64,000 nt of DNA from Eledone cirrhosa (GCA_964016885.1 OZ024745.1:93992001-94056000); one strand, 5' to 3'. Shown: positions 10,865 through 22,487, counted from the first letter of the stretch. A program made the numbers and translations. Notes: a model not told the origin generated them from the sequence alone.

Positions 10865-12313
10865 GTAAAATTATTTTCTTCTTAATGTTAGCCACTAAAA
10901 TCTCAATTTTAAAGTAAAGTAAATCTGTTAAAGTAAACATACCAATTTTTCTGTATATAATTAAATAAGGACATGTTAACAAGGGCTCCTCTATGTGGTA
11001 ACTTGACCGGCAAATAACCCCCCAAATTATGCCGTTATCTCATAAAAAACCCCCAAAACATTGGATAATGTCTTTCAAGATACACTTTAGAAAAAAAGTT
11101 TAAAAATACAAGATTGTAATGGGATTCAACACCTTTGCATACGGTTATGTTGAATTAACCAAGTAAATATATAGTGGGCACACGACTGAACATAAATATC
11201 TCAAGCTGTATATATTTATCCACCCGTTTAAAGTTGGGATAACCTGGGATCAGATCTATTTCTACTTTTGCTTTAAGGTAGGATTTATCGTTTACTTGAG
11301 TAAAAAAAAAAAAACACCTAATTAATTTGTGTGGATAATTACAGTGTCAAAGTTACGATATATATTTTAGGTAACCCGATTTGACTAGTCTTCTTTTGAA
11401 TCCTATTGATAAGATTTGTTATCACTAGTTCACATAAGATTCTTATTGTAATAAGGGCAATTAATCAGTTTAATTTTTTTTTTTGGCACTATAGTAGAAT
11501 TATGGTCAGTAATCTTTTAATATTAAACAGGTACTACGTAAGATGTAAACATCAATCGTAACTACACTTTTTAGAGAAGTTTGTTTACGTTTAAACACCC
11601 AAGATAAAAACCTGATTATCGCTTTCCTACTTTAAAAAAATATCTTATCAATGAATTATAACGGCAAATAAAATGTAATTTAAGAAAATACTTTATAATA
11701 CAAAACCATAATGTTTGAATATAAATTATCACCTATTAGTGTCAGCCCTCAAAAGAAAATACAAACCTTGATACATAAGGTATCAAATGTTACTATGTAG
11801 AGAAGTATAAAATATACAAGTGTAGTAACCATCGAAAATCACAAGGTTTATTTGTCTCATTTCTACAACACTTAATTTTTATGATTCAAGCCATGCTCCA
11901 GTGTTTTTATCATTTCATTTTGTCTTTCAGTTTTTTCGTCTTCTCTCGTCTTTTTTTCTTTCTATCCCAATTTGCAGCAGGTTGAAGTCGATCAGTTTCT
12001 CCGTGACTCAGAATTTTTGGGTATCATTGAGCTCGAGATAAGAAAACGGAAATATCTCGTTTGATTAACTGGGTTCATTGCATATATTACACATTAAGGG
12101 TGTTCGTTAAATTTAGGGTCAAGGGCCCGGCCCCTTCGCCGGATCGTGTGGGTGTGTATATGTATGAATTCGGTGAATGCGACGAATTATTTTATTTTTC
12201 GTATCTGGATTTATTTGTTTGATTTTGAATTTACTTTTTATATATTTGAAAAGTCGTCGCTTTAACTTTTGAATTCTCTCACACATACATATATTTTTTA
12301 TTTTCATCTCTCT

Positions 12314-12385
<72 letters not shown>

Positions 12386-13074
12386 TATATATATATATAT
12401 ATAGTCCCTTTTCTCTCTATTTGTTTGTCATCTTTCAGTAGAGAAATCTTAGATTCCCACCCACAATATCAAGTTAACGTATATCTGAATAATGTTTAAA
12501 TTATCGACGTGATGGAAAACGTATCTCTGCAAAATTTCGTTAAGAAAGTTATGAAGAAAATTCTCTGGTGGGGGTCTCTAAATTGTAGTTATACCTAACA
12601 TTTTAATATTTACAGTTCGAGACGTTTGGGGTTCGCTTGGTTATAACATTACCTTATTCTCGCTATTACCCGCAGAAATGCTGCCAGTATGTTAGCTTGC
12701 CTCAAACATTATTAGGAGGCTCCATGCCCCTTGTTGTAATGTGGGATCGAATGTGCGGGTCTTCTACTGTATCTTTTCTTCTTTAGTAACTTCTTGTATA
12801 ATATTAATGTGTTTCTTATCTCTATTTACGTTTTAATTAGTTGCAAAAATATATTTTCTATCAATTTGTATACTGTCGCATTTAGTTAGTTACACAAAAC
12901 ATATTTTCTTAATTTGTGTACTTTAAAAATCTTGTACATCCCAAAGAATTCATAATTTAGTTATATCTACAAAGAAACAATTTTTAATAAAATAAAACCC
13001 AGAAAACAATTTTCAACCAATTAAATGCTTGCACTTTTAAGAGAGAAAACACATCAACCAACTAACAAAAACAG

Positions 13075-13130
13075 ACAAACTGAAAGCGAAACTGGCGGAA
13101 TTTCGGGTTATCTTACACATAACTGACGTT
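13075..13130 (+). promoter_or_regulatory. Intronic cluster of ISRE, kappaB-like and CRE half-site motifs
   Basis: AAACTGAAAGCGAAACT (ISRE core 13082-13093), then CGGAATTTCG, then TGACGT near 13124. Confidence 0.35.
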
Positions 13131-13560
13131 TTTCATAGTCGAAAACTGATTTTTTTTTAAAGGAATCTTTTTGAACATGCTGATTACATATATGCAAAAA
13201 TATATTTTAAATATATATATAAATAACATTACAAACGCGTAAATAACATTACAAACGCGTAAATAACATTACAAATTGCTCGCGATTCGTTCAGAAGGAC
13301 ATTACAAATATAATGTCTAAATCGTGTATAAAAATATATAAATTCATTGAATAACAATGATAAAGGAAAGGAAAAAGAAAAAATAGGGAGGAGGGGGGGG
13401 GGAATTCTCCACCGAGTGCGATAATCGGCCGCACCTCACACCTTAGGGGTTAACTACACACTTGTGGCGAGCCAACACGCTTGCAGCATTACCACATTTG
13501 AAACATGCCATTCAAAACTTCAAAATATGATAAAATATGGTTCAAAAACATGTTATAATT

Positions 13561-13849
13561 TTTCTCGTTCTAAACAAGATTGAATTTTTAGTAAAAATCA
13601 CAAACAAATCTATTTCAAATAACAACAACACTACAGATATTTAAAAACGGAAAATGAAGGGAAGCGCTCTGGGGTCACAGGAGGATGGGAGGTGATGGGC
13701 TCTAGACTGTGGGCGCGTTGGGGCTGCGCTTCGCGGTCAATGGCCAGCAACACCCGCTGCAACAACCACGCCACCTCACGAGACTCCTTCCTCACAGGGG
13801 CTGCTGACGTTCCGATCTTGCGGAGGAGCTCAGCAGTACGGGGTCCATA
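13561..13849 (-). mobile_element. 5'-truncated CRE-clade (RLE-type) non-LTR retrotransposon
   Basis: Minus-strand translation YGPRTAELLRKIGTSAAPVRKESREVAWLLQRVLLAIDR fits the CRE C-terminal motif. Flanked by direct repeat ATGTTATAATT (13550-13560, 13850-13860). Confidence 0.7.
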
Positions 13850-14256
13850 ATGTTATAATTAGCTATCTCCCTTGTATGTTTTTTTTTTTTTTAGCGTTTC
13901 ACCCCTTCATGGGGATAGTTTCTTAGCCATAGAATTTCAGTTGATCGAACATTTTCAATTCACTATATCACGTATGTAAGTCTCAACGTTATTTAGTGTC
14001 TAGAATTTTTTTTCAAGTGCAAGCAAGTAAAAATTATTTATTACAAATATGATGTATGTTTTATTCACAGTAATATAAATAACATTACAAATTGTTCACA
14101 ATTCTTTCAGATTGAAAATATAAACATACATAATAAATAGAATTAACTATTAACCTCACAAACATAACACACCAAAATATACGACCAGAGCGAGAGAAAG
14201 AAAAAAAGGGGAAAACAAAAATTAAATTAAATTTCATTATTTGATAGAATTAGTGT

Positions 14257-14388
14257 TACGGCCCTTTCCATTCCGAGTTCAAATCCCGCCGAGGTCAACT
14301 TTGCCTTTCATCCTTACGGGGTCGATAAAATAAAGTACCAGTAATACACTGAGTAATTGCTGGCCTTGTGCCAACAGTAGAAACAATT
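14257..14388 (+). mobile_element. SINE family 1, 5'-truncated
   Basis: GAGTTCAAATCCCGCCGAGGTCAACTTTGCCTTTCATCCTTACGGGGTCGATAAAATAAAGTACCAG; the central part resembles the MetaSINE domain. Confidence 0.85.
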
Positions 14389-14771
14389 ATTTGATAGAAT
14401 GGTTTAGAGGTCTAAGTGTATTTAATCAATTATCTCTCTCTGATCGATCGTCAAGATCCCAGACCTCATTCGCTTGCCAAGTGGGATGGACCTCATCAAG
14501 TCTTTCCATTGCTGATACTATTTACTGCTCGCAACTCCCGGCAGAAGGATCAAAGTGAAATAAAATGTCTTGCTCAAGGACTCAAAGCATCATCCGGTCT
14601 GAGAATTGAACTCGCAACCTTACGATTGCGAATCCAACTCTTTACAATTATACATAATCATATTATCCCAACTATATTTTACAAAAAGAAGTTATACAAT
14701 GTTGGAAATATTTTATCTGTTGTACATAAACATATTATGTCAATTATATTTTACAAAAAGAAGTTATACAA

Positions 14772-15103
14772 GAAGGGTCTTTGGAGTAACATTACTCGAT
14801 AGTGTGCGTAGCTCGGAGATCGACGAGTCACTCCAGGTAGAACCGCTACTTCTCCGAATTGAGAGATCACAGCTTCGATACTATGGTCATGTGGTTACGA
14901 TGTCTCGGGGAAGAATCGCTGGACAGATTTTACGTGCAAAACCAACCGACAGGAGACCTAGGGGTAGACCCTGAACAAGATAGTTGGATAACATCCCTGT
15001 GCTTGGTTGGTCAGTTGGCGACGGTTACTTCTGACAGGAACCGTTGGAAGGAGTGTTTGAGGAATCTGTCCCCACGGCCCTTTCAGGAATAAGTGGGTGA
15101 AGA
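14772..15103 (+). mobile_element. 5'-truncated RTE LINE (family C)
   Basis: RRVFGVTLLDSVRSSEI..LLLRIERSQLRYYGHVV..RRPRGRP with a GAA tail. AAGTTATACAA is repeated at 14761 and 15694. Confidence 0.85.
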
Positions 15104-15111
15104 AGAAAAAG

Positions 15112-15688
15112 GGCGATATCCAATTTTAGCTGTCTAAATGCCGTTTAGTTGCTGCTTACTTCAATGTATGAGGCTATTCCAATAAATTTACATTCCCCCC
15201 TTTTTTTAGCCGTTAAAAGAAATATAGATTTATTTATTTTTTTTTTTTGCGATTTATTTGCCACTGGGGCATAGATTTCTTTATTTGCCCCTTTTTTGTT
15301 TGTTTGTTTTTTGGCGATTTATTAGCCTTTTGGGGTCACACACACCCCCGTAGAAAGTGTGCGACCTTTCTGCCAAGCCGATATAGAGAGATGGCCCACT
15401 TACACGGGCCATTATTGCTACTTTCACCCGAAAAAGGCACTCAGTCCCAGCCAATTCCATGAAAGATGGGTAAAAGTAGCAATAATGGCCCGTGTAAGTG
15501 GGCCATCTCTCTATATCGGCTTGTACATGGCAAATAAATCGCAAAAAAATAAAAATAAATAAATTTATATTTCTTTTAACGGCTAAAAAAAGGGGGAATG
15601 TAAATTTGTTGGCATAGCCTCATACATTGAAGTAAGCAGCAACTGCAGCAAGTCAGCGGCATTTAGACAGCTAAAATTGGATATCGCC
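15112..15688. mobile_element. Foldback MITE with long TIRs and 8-bp TSD (Merlin-like termini)
   Basis: GGCGATATCCAATTTTAGCTGTCTAAATGCCG..CGGCATTTAGACAGCTAAAATTGGATATCGCC. ~150-bp outer arms plus ~55-bp inner arms. TSD AGAAAAAG (15104-15111, 15689-15696). Confidence 0.85.
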
Positions 15689-16162
15689 AGAAAAAGTTAT
15701 ACAATGATGGGAATATGAAAAAAAACAACAAAACAAGATAAAAACAAAATTAAGTAATGAAAAGAGGAGGGAAGGGGTAAAGGACAGATCTGGGGATCTG
15801 GCTGTATAGGAAAGTAGAGGAAAAGATTATAAATACCATAAATGAGAGGAAAAGGAGGGAAAAAGCATTAGGGTTAACTATATTTATCAAATATTCAATG
15901 TATGCTTGCCATGGACTGTGGATGACTAAACCGACTACCTGGTGCTATCCTTGTTAGGATCAAGTCGGCACAGATTAAGTAATAGACCTAGGATCAAAAC
16001 CATTTAAGCTATGATCATCTTGTCTTTTTTTTTTTTTTGCTGGAATATGTCCTGGACCACATTTACTGAATATGTACCTTTTTTTTTTTTTTTTAAAATC
16101 GTAGAATGTCGTTTGAGTCAGATTTGGCTGTTGTTTCTAGCAAGTCGAGCCACCATTTAGAG

Positions 16163-16496
16163 CAGGGTTTGCCAACTTGCGAAATACTGCCCTCTAGTGG
16201 GCGATGAGCAACGGAACAGAAAATGGTGGGTAATTGGTGGACAATATAGGATTTTGAGTATTAAGAATGTATTTCAACATATGCTACTCGAAAACAAACA
16301 TTCAAAGGAAATATGCAAAGAACATGTATAAAAAAACCCCCCAAAAACAGGAAGCTAAAAGGGAATAAGGAACCACTAACAAACTTTTACGAAACATTTT
16401 TGGTATGCTTTTGAATATTTATTATACAGGTGGGCAGTGGAAAAGGTTTTCATGTGAAAGTGAGCGATGACGCAAAAAAACGGTTGGGAATCCCTG
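16163..16496. mobile_element. hAT (Buster/Charlie-type) MITE
   Basis: TIRs CAGGGTTTGCCAAC / GTTGGGAATCCCTG; exact 8-bp TSD ATTTAGAG. Confidence 0.9.
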
Positions 16497-16748
16497 ATTT
16501 AGAGGTTCTCTTGTTAGCTGAATGGAGAAGACCCACTTAATATCAATCTACTTGGCCACTCATATGGTGACACTTTATGACACGTTATGAAACACTGGCA
16601 TTTGACAGTGTCAGCCACTCGAGATGTTTATCAGTTTCTCACAAACTTTAAAACTTACATATATTTGTTAGGATCCTTCTTGTCACATCTGTCTAACTTT
16701 CTGTTGTTATCTACTTAACTATTGTATGCTTGCCATGGACTGTATGCA

Positions 16749-16935
16749 GGGTGGAGGATTGGCAGTGTCGGTAGAGAGTCGGACGCCATGCTTTCCAGCA
16801 AAATTACGTCCCTTTACGGTCTGAGTTCAAATCCCGCCGAGGTTATCTTAACCTTTCATCCTTACGGGGTCGATAAAATAAAGTACCAGTAATGTACTGG
16901 GATAATTGCTGGCCTTGTGCCTAAAGTAGAAACCG
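16749..16935 (+). mobile_element. SINE family 1, full length
   Basis: A-box-like TGGCAGTGTCGG, B-box GAGTTCAAATCC, MetaSINE-like core, tail CCTAAAGTAGAAAC. Confidence 0.9.
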
Positions 16936-16986
16936 TTATCTACTTAACTATTTTTTATCTATCTGTCTCTCCATCCATCTACACAT

Positions 16987-17031
<45 letters not shown>

Positions 17032-17049
17032 CTGTGTGTGTGTATATAC

Positions 17050-17086
<37 letters not shown>

Positions 17087-17199
17087 CAGACACACACGCA
17101 CACATATATACACACATAGGCACTCATACACACACACGTGTGTGTTGGACCTCTTGCTTTTGTCAACAGATGTTTCAACAAAACAACCTAGTCATGAAA

Positions 17200-17438
17200 T
17201 TAATGTGCAAATGACTGAGCATTCTTTAGACATATGTACCCTCAACATAGTTCTCAGGAAGATTCAGTGTATAATATGGCAGGTTCTTTAAATTACAAGC
17301 ATAACTCACTTTTTCCAGCTAAGTGGATTGGCGCAAGGGAAAATAAGTGTCTTGCTCAAAGACACAATGAGCCACTGGGAATTGAACTCATGACCTTACG
17401 TTAGGGAACTGAACATCTTAAACACTAAGCCATGCACC
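17200..17438 (-). mobile_element. SINE family 2-type, diverged
   Basis: AAATAAGTGTCTTGCTCAAAGACACAA..GAATTGAACTC..CACTAAGCCATGC head on the minus strand. Confidence 0.7.
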
Positions 17439-17439
17439 T

Positions 17440-17483
<44 letters not shown>

Positions 17484-18119
17484 GTGTGTCTGTGTGTGTG
17501 TTGATTTGTGTGTATTTTGATGACCTCTATATCTGTGTGTTTTGACCTGTGTGTGTGTGTGTTTTGATCTCTGTGTGTATTGACTTGTAAGTGTTTGATG
17601 TTTTTATCATAACTACAAGATTGATTGGCTGCAGCCTGATGACTGAAGCCAGAAAAATAATAACTGAATGTATTACACTAGCTGCACTACTTGGCCTTGC
17701 ACAGGTTCATTAATACCAAAAATAAATACAACCAATACAACCACAGAAATTCACTTACATTTTGGATATGTAATGAAGGAAACATGGAATGACATAAAAA
17801 GGTAAATAAAGATATTCATTTTATGATGAATTTTACAAAATTTTGCTTATTACAAGATTACCATGTTGTTAGATTAATTTGATAAAAATTAGGACAGGAC
17901 AATGTTTAAAATGTAGTAGATTGTGTTAAAAGTCCGAAAATAAAATAGTTCTTGTAATTTTAAAGAGATTATGGCAGAGCTGTGCAATTACACCACTGTA
18001 ACTTTCTAATTTTTTATTTTTCAAAAATGGAAATGATTTTGGATTTCTATGTTTTAAACATTATGATTCTGCAAAACATTTTTCACAAATTCCAATTCAT
18101 TTTATCCTACTTCTCTGTT

Positions 18120-18415
18120 GAACCATTGACCCTATCATCTAAACCCTAATCTTAACCCTAAACCACTAAACTCCATCCTATCCCTTAAACCTAAATTCTA
18201 ACCTCAAACCCAGCCCCTTAACCCTAACCTCTAAACATATAACCCTACACCTAAACCTTAACTTCTAACCCCAAACCATAACCTGTAATGCTAAATCTTT
18301 AATCCTAATCCTGAAACCTAACACTATCATCTTAACTTCTAACTTTGAGCTGAACCTAAACCCTAACTCCTAATCTTAAACCCTAACCCTAGACCTAATT
18401 CTAAACCCTAACCCT
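18120..18415. repeat. Degenerate (CCCTAA)n telomere-like tract
   Basis: Six-bp periodic CCCTAA/ACCTAA/TCCTAA/TTCTAA units. Confidence 0.75.
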
Positions 18416-18458
18416 ATTTATTCTTCTTTTGCAGAATCATAATTTCCAATGTTTAAAA

Positions 18459-19494
18459 CAAAGGTTCTCAACGGGCGGCATATGCACCCCCAGGGGGCGT
18501 TTCGGAAATCCAGGGGGGCATTTGGGAGCAAGGGGGCATTAGGGGGGGGGGGGGGGGGTCGTTTGGAGCTTTGGAGTGCACTGGAAGGCTCTTTACTTTG
18601 GTAAGTTTTATAAGCCATATTTGTATGTCTTTGAGACAGCCAGTGTGAATGCATTTGAATGAGCATGCAGACAGCATAACTATGGTCTGACCGCAGCTGT
18701 GAGCAGGTGTGCAGGCGTGTTTAGTCATTAACCGGCAATTGAGATCCTAACAATGGAAAAACTCAGTCAATCGCAGCCAGTTAGAATCTTGTCTTTCCTT
18801 CACCGATAACAATGTATTTCATGTCTGAAATTATTGACTCAACCATAACGAGTTAACACTTATGTAGATCTATTTTATTTCCTATTGTATAAATAATATT
18901 ACAAATAAAAAAAAAGAAAAGAAAAACACAGAAGCGGGTAGCACACACATCTAGGACCACATACAACACATAATCAGGTAATACAAACATCTAGGACCAC
19001 ATACAACACATAATCAGGTAATACATACATCTAGGACCACATGCAATACATAAGCAGGTAATGCATACATCCAGGACTACCTACAACACACAGGCAGGTA
19101 ATACATACATCTAGGACCAAATACAACACACATTGTATCATCTGCTACGGACGACGCTAGAACAATGGTCGGCCAACATAAGGGTTTCGTCATTCTTCTG
19201 AAGAGAGAAAATCTATCTGTATTTGTTGTTCATTGTGTCATTCATCGACAACACTTGGCTGTGAAGAAACTCAGCAAGCCACTGAGCAAGTCCTTGCAGG
19301 TGGCCCTTGATGTCATCAATTTTATCAAACGTCATTCCCTCAATGAACGAATTTTCCGGCAACTGTGCCAAGATAATGACGAAGAATTCGTCAAGTTGCT
19401 CCTTCATAATGAAGTGAGGTGGCTTTCAAAGGGCAAGTGCCTTACTCACTTCTTTGAACTGTTTGACTCTATCATTGAGTTTCTGCGAGGACGC
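18459..19494 (+). mobile_element. Decayed hAT (Buster/SCAND3/ZBED8-like) transposon: left end and transposase fragment
   Basis: Left TIR-like CAAAGGTTCTCAAC at 18459. 19130-19490 encodes TDDARTMVG..HCVIHRQHLA..LLLHNEVRWLSKG (CxxH and RW motifs). Truncated by an LTR. Confidence 0.85.
18947..19132. repeat. 40-bp minisatellite, ~4.5 copies
   Basis: ACATCTAGGACCACATACAACACATAATCAGGTAATAC(A/AT) units. Confidence 0.9.
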
Positions 19495-20058
19495 TGTGGT
19501 TGGAAAAAGCTATCTCACTTACCGCTTTTCATAGGCGCGGCTATCTCCACTCTTGGTAGTTTAAAGACCAGTTTTAACATGTCCATTCTCCTAGACTGGT
19601 AGTTTCTACATTGGTTCAAACAGTGCCATATGGCTTCGCTTTTCATAGGCGCCGCTATCTCCACTGCTGGTTACTCCTCGTCCGCCTGCGTCCAACTGCC
19701 TAACACCGGGAGCTGCACAAACTGGCGTTCACACCGTTGCTAAGTACTGCACAAACTCGCGTTCACACCGTTGCTAGGCATTGCACAAACTCGCGTTCAC
19801 ACCGTTGCTAGGCATTGCACAAACTGGTGTTCACACCGTTGCTAGGCACCACTAGAGAGCGCCCTCTGCTGGCCCTTCCGGTCGAGCACTCCCCCGCCTC
19901 CGGCCACCGCACGCCACACCATACCCACATGCCCCCCTGATCTCAAGGATCAATTCCCCCCTCGTCCCTCTGCATGTGAAAGTCTGCTGTCCAGGTTGGT
20001 GGTTTACGACTTCTTTGCGATCTCCGCAGTATTGGGGCAACACCTTGAGAGCGCTACA
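19495..20058 (-). mobile_element. 3' LTR of a Gypsy element
   Basis: Minus strand: purine tract GAGAGGGGAG then TGTAGCGC at 20058; ends ACCACA at 19495, where hAT homology stops. Internal ~34-bp tandem repeats at 19714-19848. Confidence 0.65.
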
Positions 20059-20391
20059 AGACTCCCCTCTCGGACAAGAAGTCGAATAACCAATCGAAGA
20101 TCATTGTAGCGAGAACCCGTAAGAGATGAGGAGCAAAACAAAAGGTATAAGAGAAAAAAACATGAGCAAACAAATAGCAAAATGAGCATAAAAACAAGTA
20201 ATGCATTTTACAAAGAATACGCTTGAATGTAACAATTGATAAATCATAGTCAATGCAAAGGAGCAGAGAAATTGATGCTCAATGGTAAAATCAATGTTTT
20301 TCAAAGTCAAATAGTACATCCTTTACTAAACTTTCTGACACTAGTTCTATCTGAAAACTGAAAAAAAGAGGTATGTTAATGCCACTAGAGG

Positions 20392-21022
20392 TTAAAAGTA
20401 TATTATTTTTGATAGTTTTTGTGGCCATTTTACTGTCCTGCCACCTCGTGTGACATAAGGTTGTGTGGTATGTGGTGTTTGCGGTGAAGGTGTTGGTGTA
20501 GGAGTGTATGTACGAGGTGTATCAGGCAGTGTGATGAGACTTTCGGAGAAAGCCTCTTTTGCTCTGTCAATGGATATTGTCTCTTTTTGACCATTGACAG
20601 CTACTGTAAAATGTTTGGGTGTGTGTGAAAGCACACGAAAAGGTCCATTATAAGGTGACGTAAGAGGTCCCTTGACGAAATTATTCCGTATGAAAATGTG
20701 TGTCCACGTAGAGATGTCCGATGGGACAGCAGAAGAAATAGACTGGTCATGAGGGTTCATCAGTGAAAGATCTGAGAAATACGAACGAATCCTGGTGACA
20801 TGATGCTGGGTCAAGATGTGATGAATCCACTGGTGCTAACATTTGTCCAGGAAGAGACAATGTGGTACCATAAAGAAGTTCAGCAGACGAAAAACCTAAA
20901 TCTGTCTTAATGGTAGCACGACAACCAAGAAGCACGATTGGCAAAAATTCAGTCCAACGTTGCGGATCAGGAGTAGCGCGAAGTGCAGCTTTCAACTGTC
21001 TATGAAACCTCTCGACCAACAT
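20392..21022 (-). pseudogene. Gypsy/Ty3 integrase C-terminal fragment, frameshifted
   Basis: LVERFHRQLKAAL..LPIVLLG..SSAELLYG..LPG, then PLTSPYNGPFRV (GPY/F module) and TRGGRTVKWP. Confidence 0.9.
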
Positions 21023-22010
21023 ATGTATTTAGATATAGTGGGATCACAGACAGGCTATCAAAGAATGTAGGTTTTATATGTGGCTGATGCACAGGTGCAG
21101 TAAGTAGCAAGTGCACACACGATACTAGCTCCTTCAAATGCCTAGATGGCTCTGTAGAAATAGTTGACAGTTTCCGTTACCTGGGTGACCAAATCAGCAG
21201 TGGAGGAGGGTGTTCCGAAAGTACAATAACCAGAGTAAGAACAAGATGGAGAAAGTTCAGAGAGTTACTGCCGCTGCTAGATACAAAAGGTTTTTCCATA
21301 AAAATGAAGGGCAGATTGTGTGATGCAATGAATATGAACAGCAATGTTGTTTGGTAGTGAGACCTGGGCACTGTGTACAGAAGACTTGCAAAGATTGGAA
21401 AGAAATGAAGCCTGCATGCTTTGATGGATGTGTAATAGTAATATACACAAACGTAAATGAACTAAGAGAGAAATTGGCCATAAGAGGGATCAGATATAGT
21501 ATGCTTGAGAGGCGATTGTGTTGGTATAGTCATGTGATGTGTACGAAGGATGTCAGCTGTATAAAAAGGTGCAGGGTGATCAAAGTTGATGGAAACTATG
21601 GAGTAGGAAGACCTGGGACGGGGTGATAAAAGCTGATCTTGTACAATTACACCTCTTAAAAACAATGACACAGGATAGAGATCTTTGGCGTTATGCAGTA
21701 ATACAAAAAACTGCCTTCCCATGCGCACCTACTGAAGCATAGATCTAGTAGGCACCTCTTAACCGCTATATCCCTTCCCCCTTCCATACACCTTCTGCAC
21801 AACAGCACCCACTCATTCTGTTCACACCATTCTTACACTAAAGTTGACATGTTGGTATCACAACAAAAAGCACCCAGCCCACACTGTAACTGTGGTTGGC
21901 ATTAGGAAGGGCATCCGGTCACCTGACCCAACTTGCCTCAAATGGGACAATCTGTTTAACGCATGCTAGTTTGGAAAATGGACGTTAAACGATGACAATG
22001 ATGATGATGA
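21023..22010 (+). mobile_element. 5'-truncated, decayed RTE LINE (family B)
   Basis: VDSFRYLGDQISSGGGCSEST..RTRWRKFRELLPLL, RRLCWYSHVM, 3' UTR and (GAT)n tail. Confidence 0.9.
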
Positions 22011-22067
22011 TATGTATATAGATATATGTATGTATATAGATATACATATGTATATAAATATATATAT

Positions 22068-22292
22068 CATCATCATCATCGTTTTTACATCTGATTTGCC
22101 ATGCTTGCATAGGTTGGACAGGTCCTTCTCAGCACGGTATTTTCCCACATGTTGTGATCTTTGTCATCTCCTCTGTGACTCTCAGTGATTTGAGGTCAGC
22201 TCTCACAACCTCTGCCCAGGTCTTTACCTCTACCGTGATTTCCTTCCACTGGCATTTCCTGGCACTTCTTCACCTAAGGATCATTGTCCATG
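22068..22292 (-). mobile_element. RTE family A-like 3' fragment
   Basis: Reverse complement resembles 58120-58335 (AAGAAGTGCCAGGAAATGCCAGT..); (ATC)n tail. Confidence 0.7.
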
Positions 22293-22487
22293 ATACACAC
22301 ATATATATAGATATGTATATATGTATATAGATATTGGGAAATGTGTGAAATCCTTGTTACAGTTAGGTATATTTAAAAAAAAGGAAAAGAATGACTTCAC
22401 TTGTTGTTCTAAACAGTTTAATTTAATTTTATAATATTATAAGTTTACAATTTGGTTTTGTATATAGATATATACATATGTATATAG

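Noticed and set aside
16749-16830. tRNA gene
   Set aside because: The A/B-box-like motifs belong to a multicopy SINE head and no full cloverleaf is present.
17759-17819. Minus-strand signal-peptide-like mini-exon MNIFIYLFMSFHVSFITYPK|GTAAGT
   Set aside because: T-rich DNA gives hydrophobic peptides by chance, and the downstream candidate exons are closed in the matching phase.
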